A DNA stretch of 64,000 nucleotides, from positions 1-64,000 of IMG/VR virus record IMGVR_UViG_3300010413_000011; one strand, written 5' to 3'. Positions 27,936 to 37,215 of this stretch are shown here, in pieces. The notes under the pieces are model-generated. The model ran no database searches. It was not told the origin of the DNA and saw only the letters and a program-made list of their open reading frames with translations. Both the position numbers and the translations under genes were made by a program. Source of the stretch: a virus. Position 1 is the first letter of the stretch; every line of letters begins with the position of its first letter.

Positions 27936-28693
27936 CCAAAAAAGAAAAAGTTCTTCTAGTAGTGCTCGCAATTTCTTGGCTAATCATCGGAGGTTATTAT
28001 TATACTGTTAAAGGAGATTGGAACGCAGCTAAAGCCGAAAATAAAGAGTTGCGAGAAAACCTGAAAGACCTTGAGAAGAAAAAAGTTTTGTTGGACGAAC
28101 AAGTTGAGACTCTTCGCCATAACAAGAACATTCTTCTCGAGGAAAAGAAAAAAGCTGACGAAATAATTGTTGACCTCCGAAAGAGAAAAAAACCAATCAA
28201 AATTACAAGAGATATGTCCGATCCTTGTAAAGAATGTGCGCGCAACAACGAAATTTCTGTTACGGTTGAAGACAATCAACATCTTGTTCGAATGAAAGTC
28301 CGCGATGTTTTCCAACCCGAGGAAGGAGGCGAACTCGAATTTTTACCAGAGTTCGACCGACAAATTCTTCAGCCATACGAACAAGCACTCGATAAATGTT
28401 CGGGAGATCTTGGCGAATGTCTAGCCAATTTAGATAGATCCACCAGCGGAACCGTGGGATCAGAACCTGAAAAACCTATTTCCTTTATCAAACAAACTAG
28501 TGTCGCGGTCGGCGCTGGACTAATACCTACCGGCGCTCTAGGTTATACGGGTCGGTTTTCATACCGAGCGATCCGACTAGGTCATTCCAAAAATTTCAAT
28601 GTCACAGCAGGTCCTGATATTTCCGGCAATGCTCAGTTCGATGGATCCAATTTAACGGGCTCCGCTACCCTGGTGGTCGAGGCGACCTGGTAA
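27932..28693 (+). CDS. Spanin-like protein (N-terminal TM, coiled coil, C-terminal beta strands)
   Basis: Single N-terminal anchor, long coiled coil, ends LVVEATW; third gene of the lysis cassette. Confidence 0.55.
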   Translation: MTKKEKVLLVVLAISWLIIGGYYYTVKGDWNAAKAENKELRENLKDLEKKKVLLDEQVETLRHNKNILLEEKKKADEIIVDLRKRKKPIKITRDMSDPCKECARNNEISVTVEDNQHLVRMKVRDVFQPEEGGELEFLPEFDRQILQPYEQALDKCSGDLGECLANLDRSTSGTVGSEPEKPISFIKQTSVAVGAGLIPTGALGYTGRFSYRAIRLGHSKNFNVTAGPDISGNAQFDGSNLTGSATLVVEATW

Positions 28694-28731
28694 CCAATCT
28701 CATTCTACCTTCTTAGTACTAAAGAAAAGGC

Positions 28732-28760
28732 TTGATCTTTTTTATAAAGAGATATATAAT
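28732..28760 (+). promoter_or_regulatory. Sigma70-type early promoter, probably leaderless transcript
   Basis: TTGATC-17 nt-TATAAT; the ATG at 28767 begins 7 nt after the -10 element, with no Shine-Dalgarno. Confidence 0.75.
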
Positions 28761-28766
28761 ATCCTT

Positions 28767-29213
28767 ATGTCAAAATTTGTTAAAAAAGAGAAACGCTTTT
28801 TCGTTAAGTCGTTCGATCGGTGTTTGAAGGACTACCATGGATACATTGCAAATGAAATAAAAATACTTCGCGATCGGCTACCTTCATACACCATTTTAGA
28901 TAACAATGACCTATGGCAAGAGGCCCGCCTTATTTTATTTAAGGTCTGGATGAAATTCGATCCCTCTAGGAACGTCCAATTCCAAACTCTATTAGTTCGA
29001 TACCTCAAAAGATATTTCACAAACATACTCGCCTCCCATTTTAGATCTTGTAGAACTCCCGGTGTTCAAATTGTTGAGTTTGATTGGGAAAATTTAGTTG
29101 ATGAGAATGCCACTCAAATCATTTTCGATGAGGATCTAAGACGACTCCAACTCAGGTATAACAAGAAAAGAAGGAAGTTTGTCAAGGTATCAGATCGGAA
29201 ATGGGCCGCGTAA
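28767..29213 (+). CDS. Sigma-70 region 2-only factor
   Basis: DLWQEARLILFKVWMKFDPSRNVQFQTLLVRYLK; 148 aa with no region 4 HTH evident. Confidence 0.75.
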   Translation: MSKFVKKEKRFFVKSFDRCLKDYHGYIANEIKILRDRLPSYTILDNNDLWQEARLILFKVWMKFDPSRNVQFQTLLVRYLKRYFTNILASHFRSCRTPGVQIVEFDWENLVDENATQIIFDEDLRRLQLRYNKKRRKFVKVSDRKWAA

Positions 29214-30616
29214 AAGCAAAACTAACTATCCGAAACAATTGGACCACACTTGAGACGAATAGTAGTTCGTTTCGAAAGGCGGTCGACACCCATCTAAAAG
29301 TTAAGGACCGGAACGCGTATTACTCTTGGAATCGAATCGGACCTTTGGATCCTTATAAACATTTCCTAACAGATGCCGACAGGTTCATGACCGGCTTGCT
29401 TCCCTCGGTCCTCGAGTTATGCGCAGAGGAGAGTGTCGAGGTCGTCTACAAAGACCAGCGACGGTCTCCGCCGCAAGTCCTGCCCAAAATCCCCAAACTC
29501 AAAGACCTGCGCGACTACCAAAAAAGAGGTATCGAATTATCGTGTTCATCTGCTCGAGGTATTGTGGATGCCGCAACAAATGCGGGAAAGACCAATATCA
29601 TAATTGGAATAGTTCGGCGAGTCCGTTGTCCCTCTTTAATATTGGTTCGAAATGCCGATCCAGTTAAACAACTCCATTCAAATTTTTTGAATCATTTTGA
29701 TCGTTCTTTGATGGGTCAAATACGAGGAGGAGTTTTTGAACCAAATGTGATAACGATTGCTACTGTTCAATCTGTTTATAAATTAAATAACAAATTCTTC
29801 GAACCATTTGAGTGTCTGTTGTTTGATGAATGCGATGAGGCAACTTCCAGAACTAGCAAACTGACGATTCGGAAAATGACTCGAGCATATTATCGAATCG
29901 GTCTATCTGCCACGGCTCTCAAAAAGGATCCAATTCGAAATATGACTTTGACTGGACTGTTCGGACCTCGGTTGTTAGAGGTCTCCCAAAAAGAGTTAGT
30001 ACAGCGAGGAATATCTTGTCAGGCTCGGATTGAATTTTATAGAGTCGAACAACCGGGCTTGAAAAATGCCAATTATGATGATGCCCAGTGGTCAGGCATA
30101 GTTGGAAGCGAGATTAGAAATCGATCCGTCGTCGGAGTGACCCAGGATTATGTCAGAGAAGGTCGGGCTGTTTTTGTTGTGGTTGACAAAAGAGACCACG
30201 GTGAATTATTAGTCCGAGAGTTGGAGGACCTAGGGATCTCTGCTGTTTATGTCCACGGCGGAATTAAAAGTCAAAAGAGATGGTCATATTATGAGAGATT
30301 AGGTAGAGGGATCGATGTTATTGTCGGAACAAAGGTCTTGAACCGCGCACTAAATCTGCCATTGATCTCTGGTATAGTAAATGCAGCAGGTGGATATGCT
30401 GATACCAATACCCTTCAAAGGCTGGGTCGAGGACTTCGACAAAAAGAGGACCCGATGAATCCGCCTCTCCGAGTTGCAGATTTTATGGATGGTCCAAACA
30501 AGTATCTAAGACTGCATTCTAAGCGTAGAAAAAAGACCTATAAAAAAGAGGAGATTTTCGATGTGGTGGAACTCGAATATAAATATAGGCGCCGTTACTT
30601 TACGAAGGCAGAATAA
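29201..30616 (+). CDS. SF2 DNA helicase (UvsW/ResIII-like)
   Basis: LRDYQ, ATNAGKT, DECD, GLSAT and QRLGRGLR motifs. Confidence 0.9.
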   Translation: MGRVKAKLTIRNNWTTLETNSSSFRKAVDTHLKVKDRNAYYSWNRIGPLDPYKHFLTDADRFMTGLLPSVLELCAEESVEVVYKDQRRSPPQVLPKIPKLKDLRDYQKRGIELSCSSARGIVDAATNAGKTNIIIGIVRRVRCPSLILVRNADPVKQLHSNFLNHFDRSLMGQIRGGVFEPNVITIATVQSVYKLNNKFFEPFECLLFDECDEATSRTSKLTIRKMTRAYYRIGLSATALKKDPIRNMTLTGLFGPRLLEVSQKELVQRGISCQARIEFYRVEQPGLKNANYDDAQWSGIVGSEIRNRSVVGVTQDYVREGRAVFVVVDKRDHGELLVRELEDLGISAVYVHGGIKSQKRWSYYERLGRGIDVIVGTKVLNRALNLPLISGIVNAAGGYADTNTLQRLGRGLRQKEDPMNPPLRVADFMDGPNKYLRLHSKRRKKTYKKEEIFDVVELEYKYRRRYFTKAE

Positions 30617-30709
30617 GGGCTGTATTTTTCCGAAGAAATCTGATGATGAAATTCCTGCAAGTAACTGATTTTACGAACAAAAACAATTCCACCGGAATCC
30701 ACTTTTCGC

Positions 30710-30738
30710 TTGTCTTTTGGAATGTAATGTGGTACGAT
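30710..30738 (+). promoter_or_regulatory. Sigma70-type promoter with extended -10
   Basis: TTGTCT-17 nt-TACGAT with TG at -15/-14; ATGs at 30743 and 30746 follow closely. Confidence 0.55.
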
Positions 30739-30742
30739 CCCT

Positions 30743-31159
30743 ATGATGACTGAAATAGCCAAAATAGATCTGAACTGGGCTCGCAACGTTTGGTGTATTG
30801 CAGGAGGAGGCCACCGGGTGATTTTACTGGATGACGCCTCTATTAAGTTGTTGTTGGACCCTGGCGGAGATATGACTCTCACAGTCCCGGTGGATTGGCT
30901 ATTGAAAGTCAACGATCAAGGATTAACGATGGTGGTTATTTCTGTAGCACTGTGGGAGCACGTTAGTTGGAAAACGGCGGCTCTCCGGGTGGCTAAAGGG
31001 GACAGCGGGAAAGGTTGTCTATACTACAAAAGGTCTGCTCTTAAATTATGGCGGATGCTTATCGAGGAGGTTTACGGGAGGAGGTCAGGGAATGGCACAA
31101 GAAGGTTCGCGCCGGTTTGCGAAAAAAGAGAAACCGGCAAGTGGCAAAAAGTTCGTTAA
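30743..31159 (+). CDS. Hypothetical protein
   Basis: 138 aa ORF just downstream of the promoter; no RBS. Confidence 0.45.
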   Translation: MMTEIAKIDLNWARNVWCIAGGGHRVILLDDASIKLLLDPGGDMTLTVPVDWLLKVNDQGLTMVVISVALWEHVSWKTAALRVAKGDSGKGCLYYKRSALKLWRMLIEEVYGRRSGNGTRRFAPVCEKRETGKWQKVR

Positions 31160-32684
31160 ACAAGGCAAGGTTAAAACCAAGGATGGTTGGCCAGTCAAGA
31201 GTGCTTGGCCAACAGAGAGAGGACGAGAATTAGGCACATGGCCTACGGCGGGAAGGTTCGAGTCTCTACCAGGAGATTACAGTACTGAGTACAGCGATCG
31301 AGAGTTAGTAGATCTCAAGGTACAATCTATGAAGAGAGCATTCGGATTAGTGGCACCAGAGGTTTGTGACGACAAAGAACTGCTTTCAGTACTTGCGAGA
31401 CTCGGGCCTAAGACCTTAGTCAAACTGACCGAGATCATCAGAGATCTCGTGCTGTTTTTAGCATATAGGTCGGACGCGCCAAAGACGGCTTTGGGCTTTT
31501 GGCTAAAAGGCGATGGAACCGTAAAGGTTAACAGGCCAGTTCATGCTGGCGGAAACAAAGGGCCTAAACGAAGGCTCGTAAAAAAACAAAGGAGGTTTAC
31601 GATGGCAAAGGGAAAGAAAAAAGAGTCCAAGAAAAAGGACGGCAAGAAAAAAGGGTCGAAGAAGGATGCGCTCAAGGGCTACACCAGAGACGACCTGAAG
31701 AAAATCGCGAAGGAAGTTGGCGTAAAGGTCAAAAAGTCGATGTCCGATGAGGAACTCGTCGAGGCTTTGGAAGCGGCTATTGGGTCCGTAGACCCGGACG
31801 AGTGCTCGTCCAAGGTTACCAAGTTCTACGGCGCTCTCGGCTATGTCATCAAGGACGATGACGACGAAGACGACTCCAAGAAAAAGAAGGGGAAGAAGAG
31901 CAAGAAAAAGTCCGAACCGGAACCCGAGGACGATGAGGACGAAGACGAGGACGAAGACGAAGACGAGGACGAAGACGAAGACGAAGACGAAGATGAAGAC
32001 GAGGACGAAGACGACTCCAAGAAAAAGAAGGGGAAGAAGAGCAAGAAAAAGTCCGAACCGGACGAAGACGAAGACGAAGACGAAGACGAAGACGAAGACG
32101 AAGACGAAGACGAGGACGACGAAGTCGACTCCGACGACGAAGAGGACGAAAGCGAAGCGACCGAGTTCGAAAAAGGCGACCGGGTCGTGGCAGAGATCGA
32201 GGGTGAGGACTACGCCGGCGAGATCATCAAACTGGTCGGCGAGGATGAGGCCAAGATCAAGTTCGATGACGGGGACAAGATGACCTTGGCTCTGTCGGAA
32301 CTCCGGGCCGAAGACGATGACGAGGAAGGCGACGAAGACGAAGACGAAGACGAAGACGAGAAACCCAAGAAGAAGTCCAAGAAAGGCAAGGACCGCAAGG
32401 CAGCGGCCGCCGAAAAGAAAAAGGCCAAAGAGGAGCGCCGGACCAAGATCGAAAAGGGAATCCCGTACTCTGACAAGGCTCTGAACAAAATGATCAGGCG
32501 GGAACTCCTGGTCCTGGCCAGCATACTCGGCGTCAACACCTGGGAACTGAAGGACACTGACAAAATCAGGGAAGCCTGCAAAAAGGCGCAGAAGAAAGGC
32601 AAGGGCGGCTCCGAGAAGTCCGAAAACAAGAAGGAAAAGAAATCGAAGGACAAAAAGTCCAAGAAGAAAAAGAGCAAGAAATAA
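31092..32684 (+). CDS. Lys/Asp-Glu block polyampholyte with HeH/Rho-N-like motifs and a Tudor/SH3-like domain; second strong start at 31602
   Basis: GYTRDDLKKIAKEVGV; LNKMIRRELLVLASILGV; FEKGDRVVAEIEGEDYAGEI..IKFDDGD; (DE)n tracts; RBS before both in-frame ATGs. Confidence 0.75.
   Translation: MAQEGSRRFAKKEKPASGKKFVKQGKVKTKDGWPVKSAWPTERGRELGTWPTAGRFESLPGDYSTEYSDRELVDLKVQSMKRAFGLVAPEVCDDKELLSVLARLGPKTLVKLTEIIRDLVLFLAYRSDAPKTALGFWLKGDGTVKVNRPVHAGGNKGPKRRLVKKQRRFTMAKGKKKESKKKDGKKKGSKKDALKGYTRDDLKKIAKEVGVKVKKSMSDEELVEALEAAIGSVDPDECSSKVTKFYGALGYVIKDDDDEDDSKKKKGKKSKKKSEPEPEDDEDEDEDEDEDEDEDEDEDEDEDEDEDDSKKKKGKKSKKKSEPDEDEDEDEDEDEDEDEDEDDEVDSDDEEDESEATEFEKGDRVVAEIEGEDYAGEIIKLVGEDEAKIKFDDGDKMTLALSELRAEDDDEEGDEDEDEDEDEKPKKKSKKGKDRKAAAAEKKKAKEERRTKIEKGIPYSDKALNKMIRRELLVLASILGVNTWELKDTDKIREACKKAQKKGKGGSEKSENKKEKKSKDKKSKKKKSKK
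31863..32062 (+). repeat. 59-bp direct repeat (31863-31921 and 32004-32062) flanking GACGAA/GACGAG tandem arrays
   Basis: Identical copies encoding DEDDSKKKKGKKSKKKSEP; (GACGAA)n continues to about 32111. Confidence 0.85.
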
Positions 32685-32714
32685 ATAGTCCTGGGCGTCG
32701 CTCCCCGATTCAAG

Positions 32715-32748
32715 ATGGGGCCGGCCGTAATGGTCGGCCCCATTTTTA
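32715..32748. terminator. Intrinsic terminator between convergent genes
   Basis: ATGGGGCCGGCCG-TAA-TGGTCGGCCCCAT followed by TTTT. Confidence 0.8.
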
Positions 32749-34443
32749 TCGTTTGAATTTTTTGGGTGAGGTTATCAGAGATTTGGCCCCGTCAAAGTCC
32801 AACCACGTATCCCCTCCCTCGGAGTACCGAGAGCGGTCTATTCTGACCAGGAGACGCCTGGAGAGCACTTTTCTCCTGGCCGCGCTGCCGTCGGTGGTCT
32901 CCTCTCTGTGAAGCACCACAATGGCATCGGCATCCGCCTGAATTAGACCGCTGTCTCGCAGATTTTCAGAGGACATAACCTTGCCATGGAGTTTGGTTGG
33001 TTGAGCGACCAAAATAATTGGAACCTCCAACTCCTCTGCCAATAACTTGAACGAGTTGCTCAAGACACCAATTTCAGCCGTCATATTTTTAACATCGCGG
33101 CAAAGGAAGTTGAGGTTGTCAAAGCAGACTATTTTGATTCCATGGCGTCTCACTGACGCCTTTATCCGGTCGAAAACTTGGTTGGCGGAGTTCCGTCTGT
33201 AGTCCTTGACAAAATAAAGTGGTAAGTTTTTCAGCTCCGCAGCGCTTGCCAGAACCCCGACATCCTCGACCTCCGCCCGTCTCCGGTACAATGAAACCAA
33301 TTTTTTAGCAAGTCTGACGTCCCGCATCTCTAAACAATAGAGCATTGCCGGAGTCTGGCCTCGAGCAAGATGATATAAGACGTTGAGAGCGAAAGTCGTC
33401 TTCCCTACTTTGGGTCGGCCCGAGAGAACTATCAAATCTCCGGGTGCCATTTGGACCATCGTATTAACCTTTTCCCATGGTGTCTTGAGAGTTGAGAGCG
33501 CATCACCATCCATCATTATATTTTCCGCCAGCTCCCAGATCGACTCGGCGGCAGAGACTACAAATGGGATTTTGTACGGTTTAGATTTGTCTAATATTTT
33601 TTGGAATCGTTTTTTGGTCCCACCGAGTTGGAAAAATTCGATGGTATCTTTTCCTTTTGGTAGTTGAACATCATAACATTTGTCGTATCCTACTCTGGCT
33701 GCGAGTTCACCGGCCCCTCTGCGTCCTTTGACATCGTAGTCCAGACTCATATAAACTCGTTCCTTTTGAGATAAGAGATCAATCCATTCGGTAGGGAATC
33801 CCATTGCTCCCGCTGTTATGCCGACCACATTTTTGAATCCCTTCTGCCAAAGGATCATCGCGTCCAATTCACCTTCGGTTATGATAATGACATCATATTT
33901 GTCGATGGCATCTTGGTTAAACAACATGGTCGGACAACCATATACGCGTTTGAACTCTTTTTCGTCTGGAGGGATTGATCGGAATTTCATATTCCAAACT
34001 TTATCCTCGACGGTATGAGGAATGGCCAACCATTTTCGTCCACCTTGTTTCCGGATCCCCAATCGAAAATGTTTGATTGTCTTCAAAGTGAGGCCTCGAC
34101 CACTTAGATATTTAAGAACAGAAAGGTCCTCGAGGAGATTTTCATGGTACTGGTCAACTCGGTTTAGAATTTTTTGAGACTTCTTCGGTATTTTTTTCTT
34201 TTTTCTTTTGTCTCGAAGTCTGGAGGCAGGATCACTCGCATCGCCTACGAGTCGTTTCAATTGTTTCAACGTACCTCTTTCATTACATTTGAAACAATTG
34301 AACTGACCGGTTTCTTTGTTAAGAGAAAAGTGCTCGCCACTATCGCTACAGAAAGGACAAGTTGTAATAACTAATTGTTCGCCCCTTTGTCGATAGTTCC
34401 AACCTCTACTCTTTACAAAATCTTCTACTCTTTTTCTTGCCAT
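32746..34443 (-). CDS. Primase-helicase (T7 gp4/Twinkle-like)
   Basis: CPFC..CFKC zinc finger, TEGELDA/DYD TOPRIM, GRPKVGKT, FDNL, LRDSG.IQADAD. Confidence 0.92.
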   Translation of the reverse strand: MARKRVEDFVKSRGWNYRQRGEQLVITTCPFCSDSGEHFSLNKETGQFNCFKCNERGTLKQLKRLVGDASDPASRLRDKRKKKKIPKKSQKILNRVDQYHENLLEDLSVLKYLSGRGLTLKTIKHFRLGIRKQGGRKWLAIPHTVEDKVWNMKFRSIPPDEKEFKRVYGCPTMLFNQDAIDKYDVIIITEGELDAMILWQKGFKNVVGITAGAMGFPTEWIDLLSQKERVYMSLDYDVKGRRGAGELAARVGYDKCYDVQLPKGKDTIEFFQLGGTKKRFQKILDKSKPYKIPFVVSAAESIWELAENIMMDGDALSTLKTPWEKVNTMVQMAPGDLIVLSGRPKVGKTTFALNVLYHLARGQTPAMLYCLEMRDVRLAKKLVSLYRRRAEVEDVGVLASAAELKNLPLYFVKDYRRNSANQVFDRIKASVRRHGIKIVCFDNLNFLCRDVKNMTAEIGVLSNSFKLLAEELEVPIILVAQPTKLHGKVMSSENLRDSGLIQADADAIVVLHREETTDGSAARRKVLSRRLLVRIDRSRYSEGGDTWLDFDGAKSLITSPKKFKR

Positions 34444-35185
34444 TGATTAACCTTTGTGTTCTCGCGTCGAGTTCACCTAAATGTAGTCGCTGTTTGAAAA
34501 TGATATAATCGATTTGTCCAGGACTCGCTGTCCCGTCCTCGAGACAATCCAGAGCCTCAAGGTATTTTCCGTCATCACCTAACTCGAGATCGACAGACTC
34601 GCCGTATTTCAATTTTCGAATTTCATTTTCGATTTTGTCGATCGAAATTAATTGGTTTGGTAAAGGAAATCTACCAAAACTTTTGAATCGTTTGATGTGT
34701 AATCTGATGTAGTCAGCATAAGAAATCCCATGCTCGTCTGCGATCGCTGCCGCCTTGACTAAAAAGTGATATACTTTTGAGGAAGGAGTTATAGGTCTTA
34801 AATGTTTGTTACCCAGGTGTTGAGATCTGAGCAGAGTATAAATTCGATTAAAGTGGTCAACCTTAGATTCTTGACTAACCACCGGCTTCGATGTCACTTC
34901 GAATCTTGCCAAATTGTTTAAGCGGATGGCGACAATGGAGCCATCTCTTCTAATGAGACCAGACTTCCTCAAGGTCTTCATACACCGTTTGGCATCTCTT
35001 AGTTCAATATCTAAAGTACTCGCCCATTCGCTCGCCTTCATTGGGATTTTCGATACGAATCGATATCTCATATACATCGAAACATAGAAAAATCTTGCCT
35101 CCAAAGGTAGGTCAAGTGTGTTTAAAGAGACGACAACTCGTCGAGTTTCAGCTAATACTTTTTCAGATTTCATTGAGATCCTCAT
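34406..35185 (-). CDS. Winged-HTH protein, possible replication initiator or helicase loader
   Basis: ASEWASTLDI..AKRCMKTLRKSGLI wHTH-like segment; upstream of the primase-helicase. Confidence 0.45.
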   Translation of the reverse strand: MRISMKSEKVLAETRRVVVSLNTLDLPLEARFFYVSMYMRYRFVSKIPMKASEWASTLDIELRDAKRCMKTLRKSGLIRRDGSIVAIRLNNLARFEVTSKPVVSQESKVDHFNRIYTLLRSQHLGNKHLRPITPSSKVYHFLVKAAAIADEHGISYADYIRLHIKRFKSFGRFPLPNQLISIDKIENEIRKLKYGESVDLELGDDGKYLEALDCLEDGTASPGQIDYIIFKQRLHLGELDARTQRLINGKKKSRRFCKE

Positions 35186-35645
35186 ACGGAAAGACTACCT
35201 TGCCATCATTAGGACCTATTCGTTGGGAAAAATAAATGGGTCGATATAACGTCTGCCCTAGATCTCGGTAAAATATAAACGCGCCTAGAGATTTTACCGA
35301 CATGCCGCTAAAACAAGCACCCTGAAAAGTCAAACCAGTATCTAAAATATCGTCGACAAAAATACAGCGGCCAACCGGTCTATCTAATCTTATGTCGAGT
35401 TTAAGGAAGTGAGATAACATTACGGCGGGTATGAGACCGCCCCGGGGCTCGCCCCATAATTTCCAAAGATGGTTCGGAGACCAAACAGTTTCCTCGGGAA
35501 TAATTAGATGACCTTGAAGTTCTTTTTGTAGTCGTTCAAGTTGTCTAATATTTGTAGTAGCCAAAATTTTTTTAATATCGATTGCCATCAACTCGATGTA
35601 ATCTATATAATCCTTCCATTCAACTTTAATCGGATTCGAAGACAT
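35163..35645 (-). CDS. Type I phosphoribosyltransferase
   Basis: GEPRGGLIPAVMLSH, IFVDDILDTGLT PRPP-binding loop, VVFPYE. Confidence 0.85.
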   Translation of the reverse strand: MSSNPIKVEWKDYIDYIELMAIDIKKILATTNIRQLERLQKELQGHLIIPEETVWSPNHLWKLWGEPRGGLIPAVMLSHFLKLDIRLDRPVGRCIFVDDILDTGLTFQGACFSGMSVKSLGAFIFYRDLGQTLYRPIYFSQRIGPNDGKVVFPYEDLNEI

Positions 35646-35794
35646 ATTCCACTCCTTTTTAAAACTTTTGTGACCGAAGGACTCAGTATTAGTTTTACCT
35701 TTGGTATAACTTTAATGACCTAATATTTCAAAACTTTTTTGTTTCCCACGGAACTCTAACGGCTATATAGAATATAGGGAGGATGACTTGAAAA

Positions 35795-36403
35795 ATGAAA
35801 TTCTTAATCGCAGTTTTAGGTACTCATGGCTCTGGCAAAACTGAAATCTGCCAAAAAGTCTCAAGTCTTATACGTCACGCATTCTCAGACCTATCTGTTT
35901 CCTCAGTAGATAAAAAAGATAGTGTACCGAGATCTTTGGCAGAGGCAACGCAGTTATATAAAAATATCGACCATCGAACCCAGGTAGAAATTTGTTTTAA
36001 GGTTTTAACAAATGCGATGGCCGGTCTTGTCTATTATGACGTCGTTTTTGTCGATCGACTATTGGTCGATTCTATTGCTTATATTCGAACGGCAGAAAAA
36101 GTCGATCGCGGTATTATTGCCTCTCTAGATTCAGCAATTCGTTTTTTGTTTTTCGAGAGTCCTCATATCCATACCATAGTAGCTGTTCCGGCACCGAGTT
36201 TTCCCCTACCTAAAGATAATTTCAGATTCGAAGACGAAGAGTATCGCCAATATATTTCAAGATTGATTACGCGAGAACTAATTCGAATGGCTATACCGTA
36301 TTATTTTCTTGATCAAAAATCTTTAGATGAACGAATAAGTTATCTGACGAGTTACGTCAGTTCAGCAATATCATTATCGAAATTGAAAGGAGAAAAACAT
36401 TGA
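35795..36403 (+). CDS. P-loop nucleotide kinase (AAA_28/dNMP kinase-like)
   Basis: GTHGSGKT, VDRLLVDSIAY, DNFR motifs. Confidence 0.75.
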   Translation: MKFLIAVLGTHGSGKTEICQKVSSLIRHAFSDLSVSSVDKKDSVPRSLAEATQLYKNIDHRTQVEICFKVLTNAMAGLVYYDVVFVDRLLVDSIAYIRTAEKVDRGIIASLDSAIRFLFFESPHIHTIVAVPAPSFPLPKDNFRFEDEEYRQYISRLITRELIRMAIPYYFLDQKSLDERISYLTSYVSSAISLSKLKGEKH

Positions 36404-37215
36404 AAGTAGCTCACATAGTCGGTATTAACCATTTGAATTTGGTCAGGGATAAAAATTTCCATTTAGTTCTTGCTCATCTTCTCGACGAAAGTGCCACCTA
36501 CAGAAATTTCTATAAGGAAGTAGGTAACGAAGGTGCCTTTTTAATCTTGGACAACTCTGCGTTTGAGTTAGGCGAACCTTATCCGCCAGAGGAAATGATA
36601 AAACTAGGTAACGAAATCAACGCGTCGGAAATTATGGCGCCCGAGATTTACCAAGATGGCAGAGGAACGATCGAAGTAGTCGAGGAGTTTGCCGCAAAGG
36701 TTAAAGAATTAACTAATAAGAAATGGAATATCATAGCAACCATCCATGGTAAAACCTTCGACGATTGGATGAATTGTTTCAAAGCTATTATCTCGATCAA
36801 CAACATAACCACGATTGGTTTATCTTGTAGAGCGGCAGAGTATTTCACTGACCTACGGTCGAGTTCAGTCACCACCCAAAGAACTTTTAATCGGATTGGT
36901 CTTACTCATATCCTCAATAAAACCTGCGTCGGCAAGTTTACTCCTTTGAGACAGTACCATCTATTAGGTTCCACCGATCCTGTCCTCGAGTTAACTGTTC
37001 AAACGAAATACGATTGGATAAGAAGTATTGATACGAGTTCCGCTTTTGCTCATGGTTGTCAAGGTATAAACTTTGGTACCCGGGCTCTGGCAACCGAGAG
37101 GATAGGGGATATCGATTTCAATACGCCCCACGATCCTCATAAGATAAAAACCATTGTTCACAATATGAGAATACTTGACGAATTGGCAGGAGAAGAAAAT
37201 GATTTTACCAGGTAA
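36400..37215 (+). CDS. TGT-fold (transglycosylase-like) TIM barrel protein
   Basis: LILDNSAFE, TIHG, IGLS, HLLG and RSIDTSS follow the TGT/DpdA motif order. Confidence 0.6.
   Translation: MKVAHIVGINHLNLVRDKNFHLVLAHLLDESATYRNFYKEVGNEGAFLILDNSAFELGEPYPPEEMIKLGNEINASEIMAPEIYQDGRGTIEVVEEFAAKVKELTNKKWNIIATIHGKTFDDWMNCFKAIISINNITTIGLSCRAAEYFTDLRSSSVTTQRTFNRIGLTHILNKTCVGKFTPLRQYHLLGSTDPVLELTVQTKYDWIRSIDTSSAFAHGCQGINFGTRALATERIGDIDFNTPHDPHKIKTIVHNMRILDELAGEENDFTR

Noticed and set aside
31240-31280. GGTTCGAGTC, resembling a tRNA T-loop
   Set aside because: The flanks do not form a 5-bp T-stem or a cloverleaf, and it lies within an ORF with a good RBS.
31863-32111. Repeat array as a possible CRISPR
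   Set aside because: Only two long repeats plus codon-level microsatellite, all in frame; no unique spacers or cas genes.
31841-32743. Poly-Ser minus-strand ORFs and the Thr/Lys alternate-frame ORF (also 41378-41906)
   Set aside because: Shadows of the GACGAA/GAG acidic repeats in real + strand genes.
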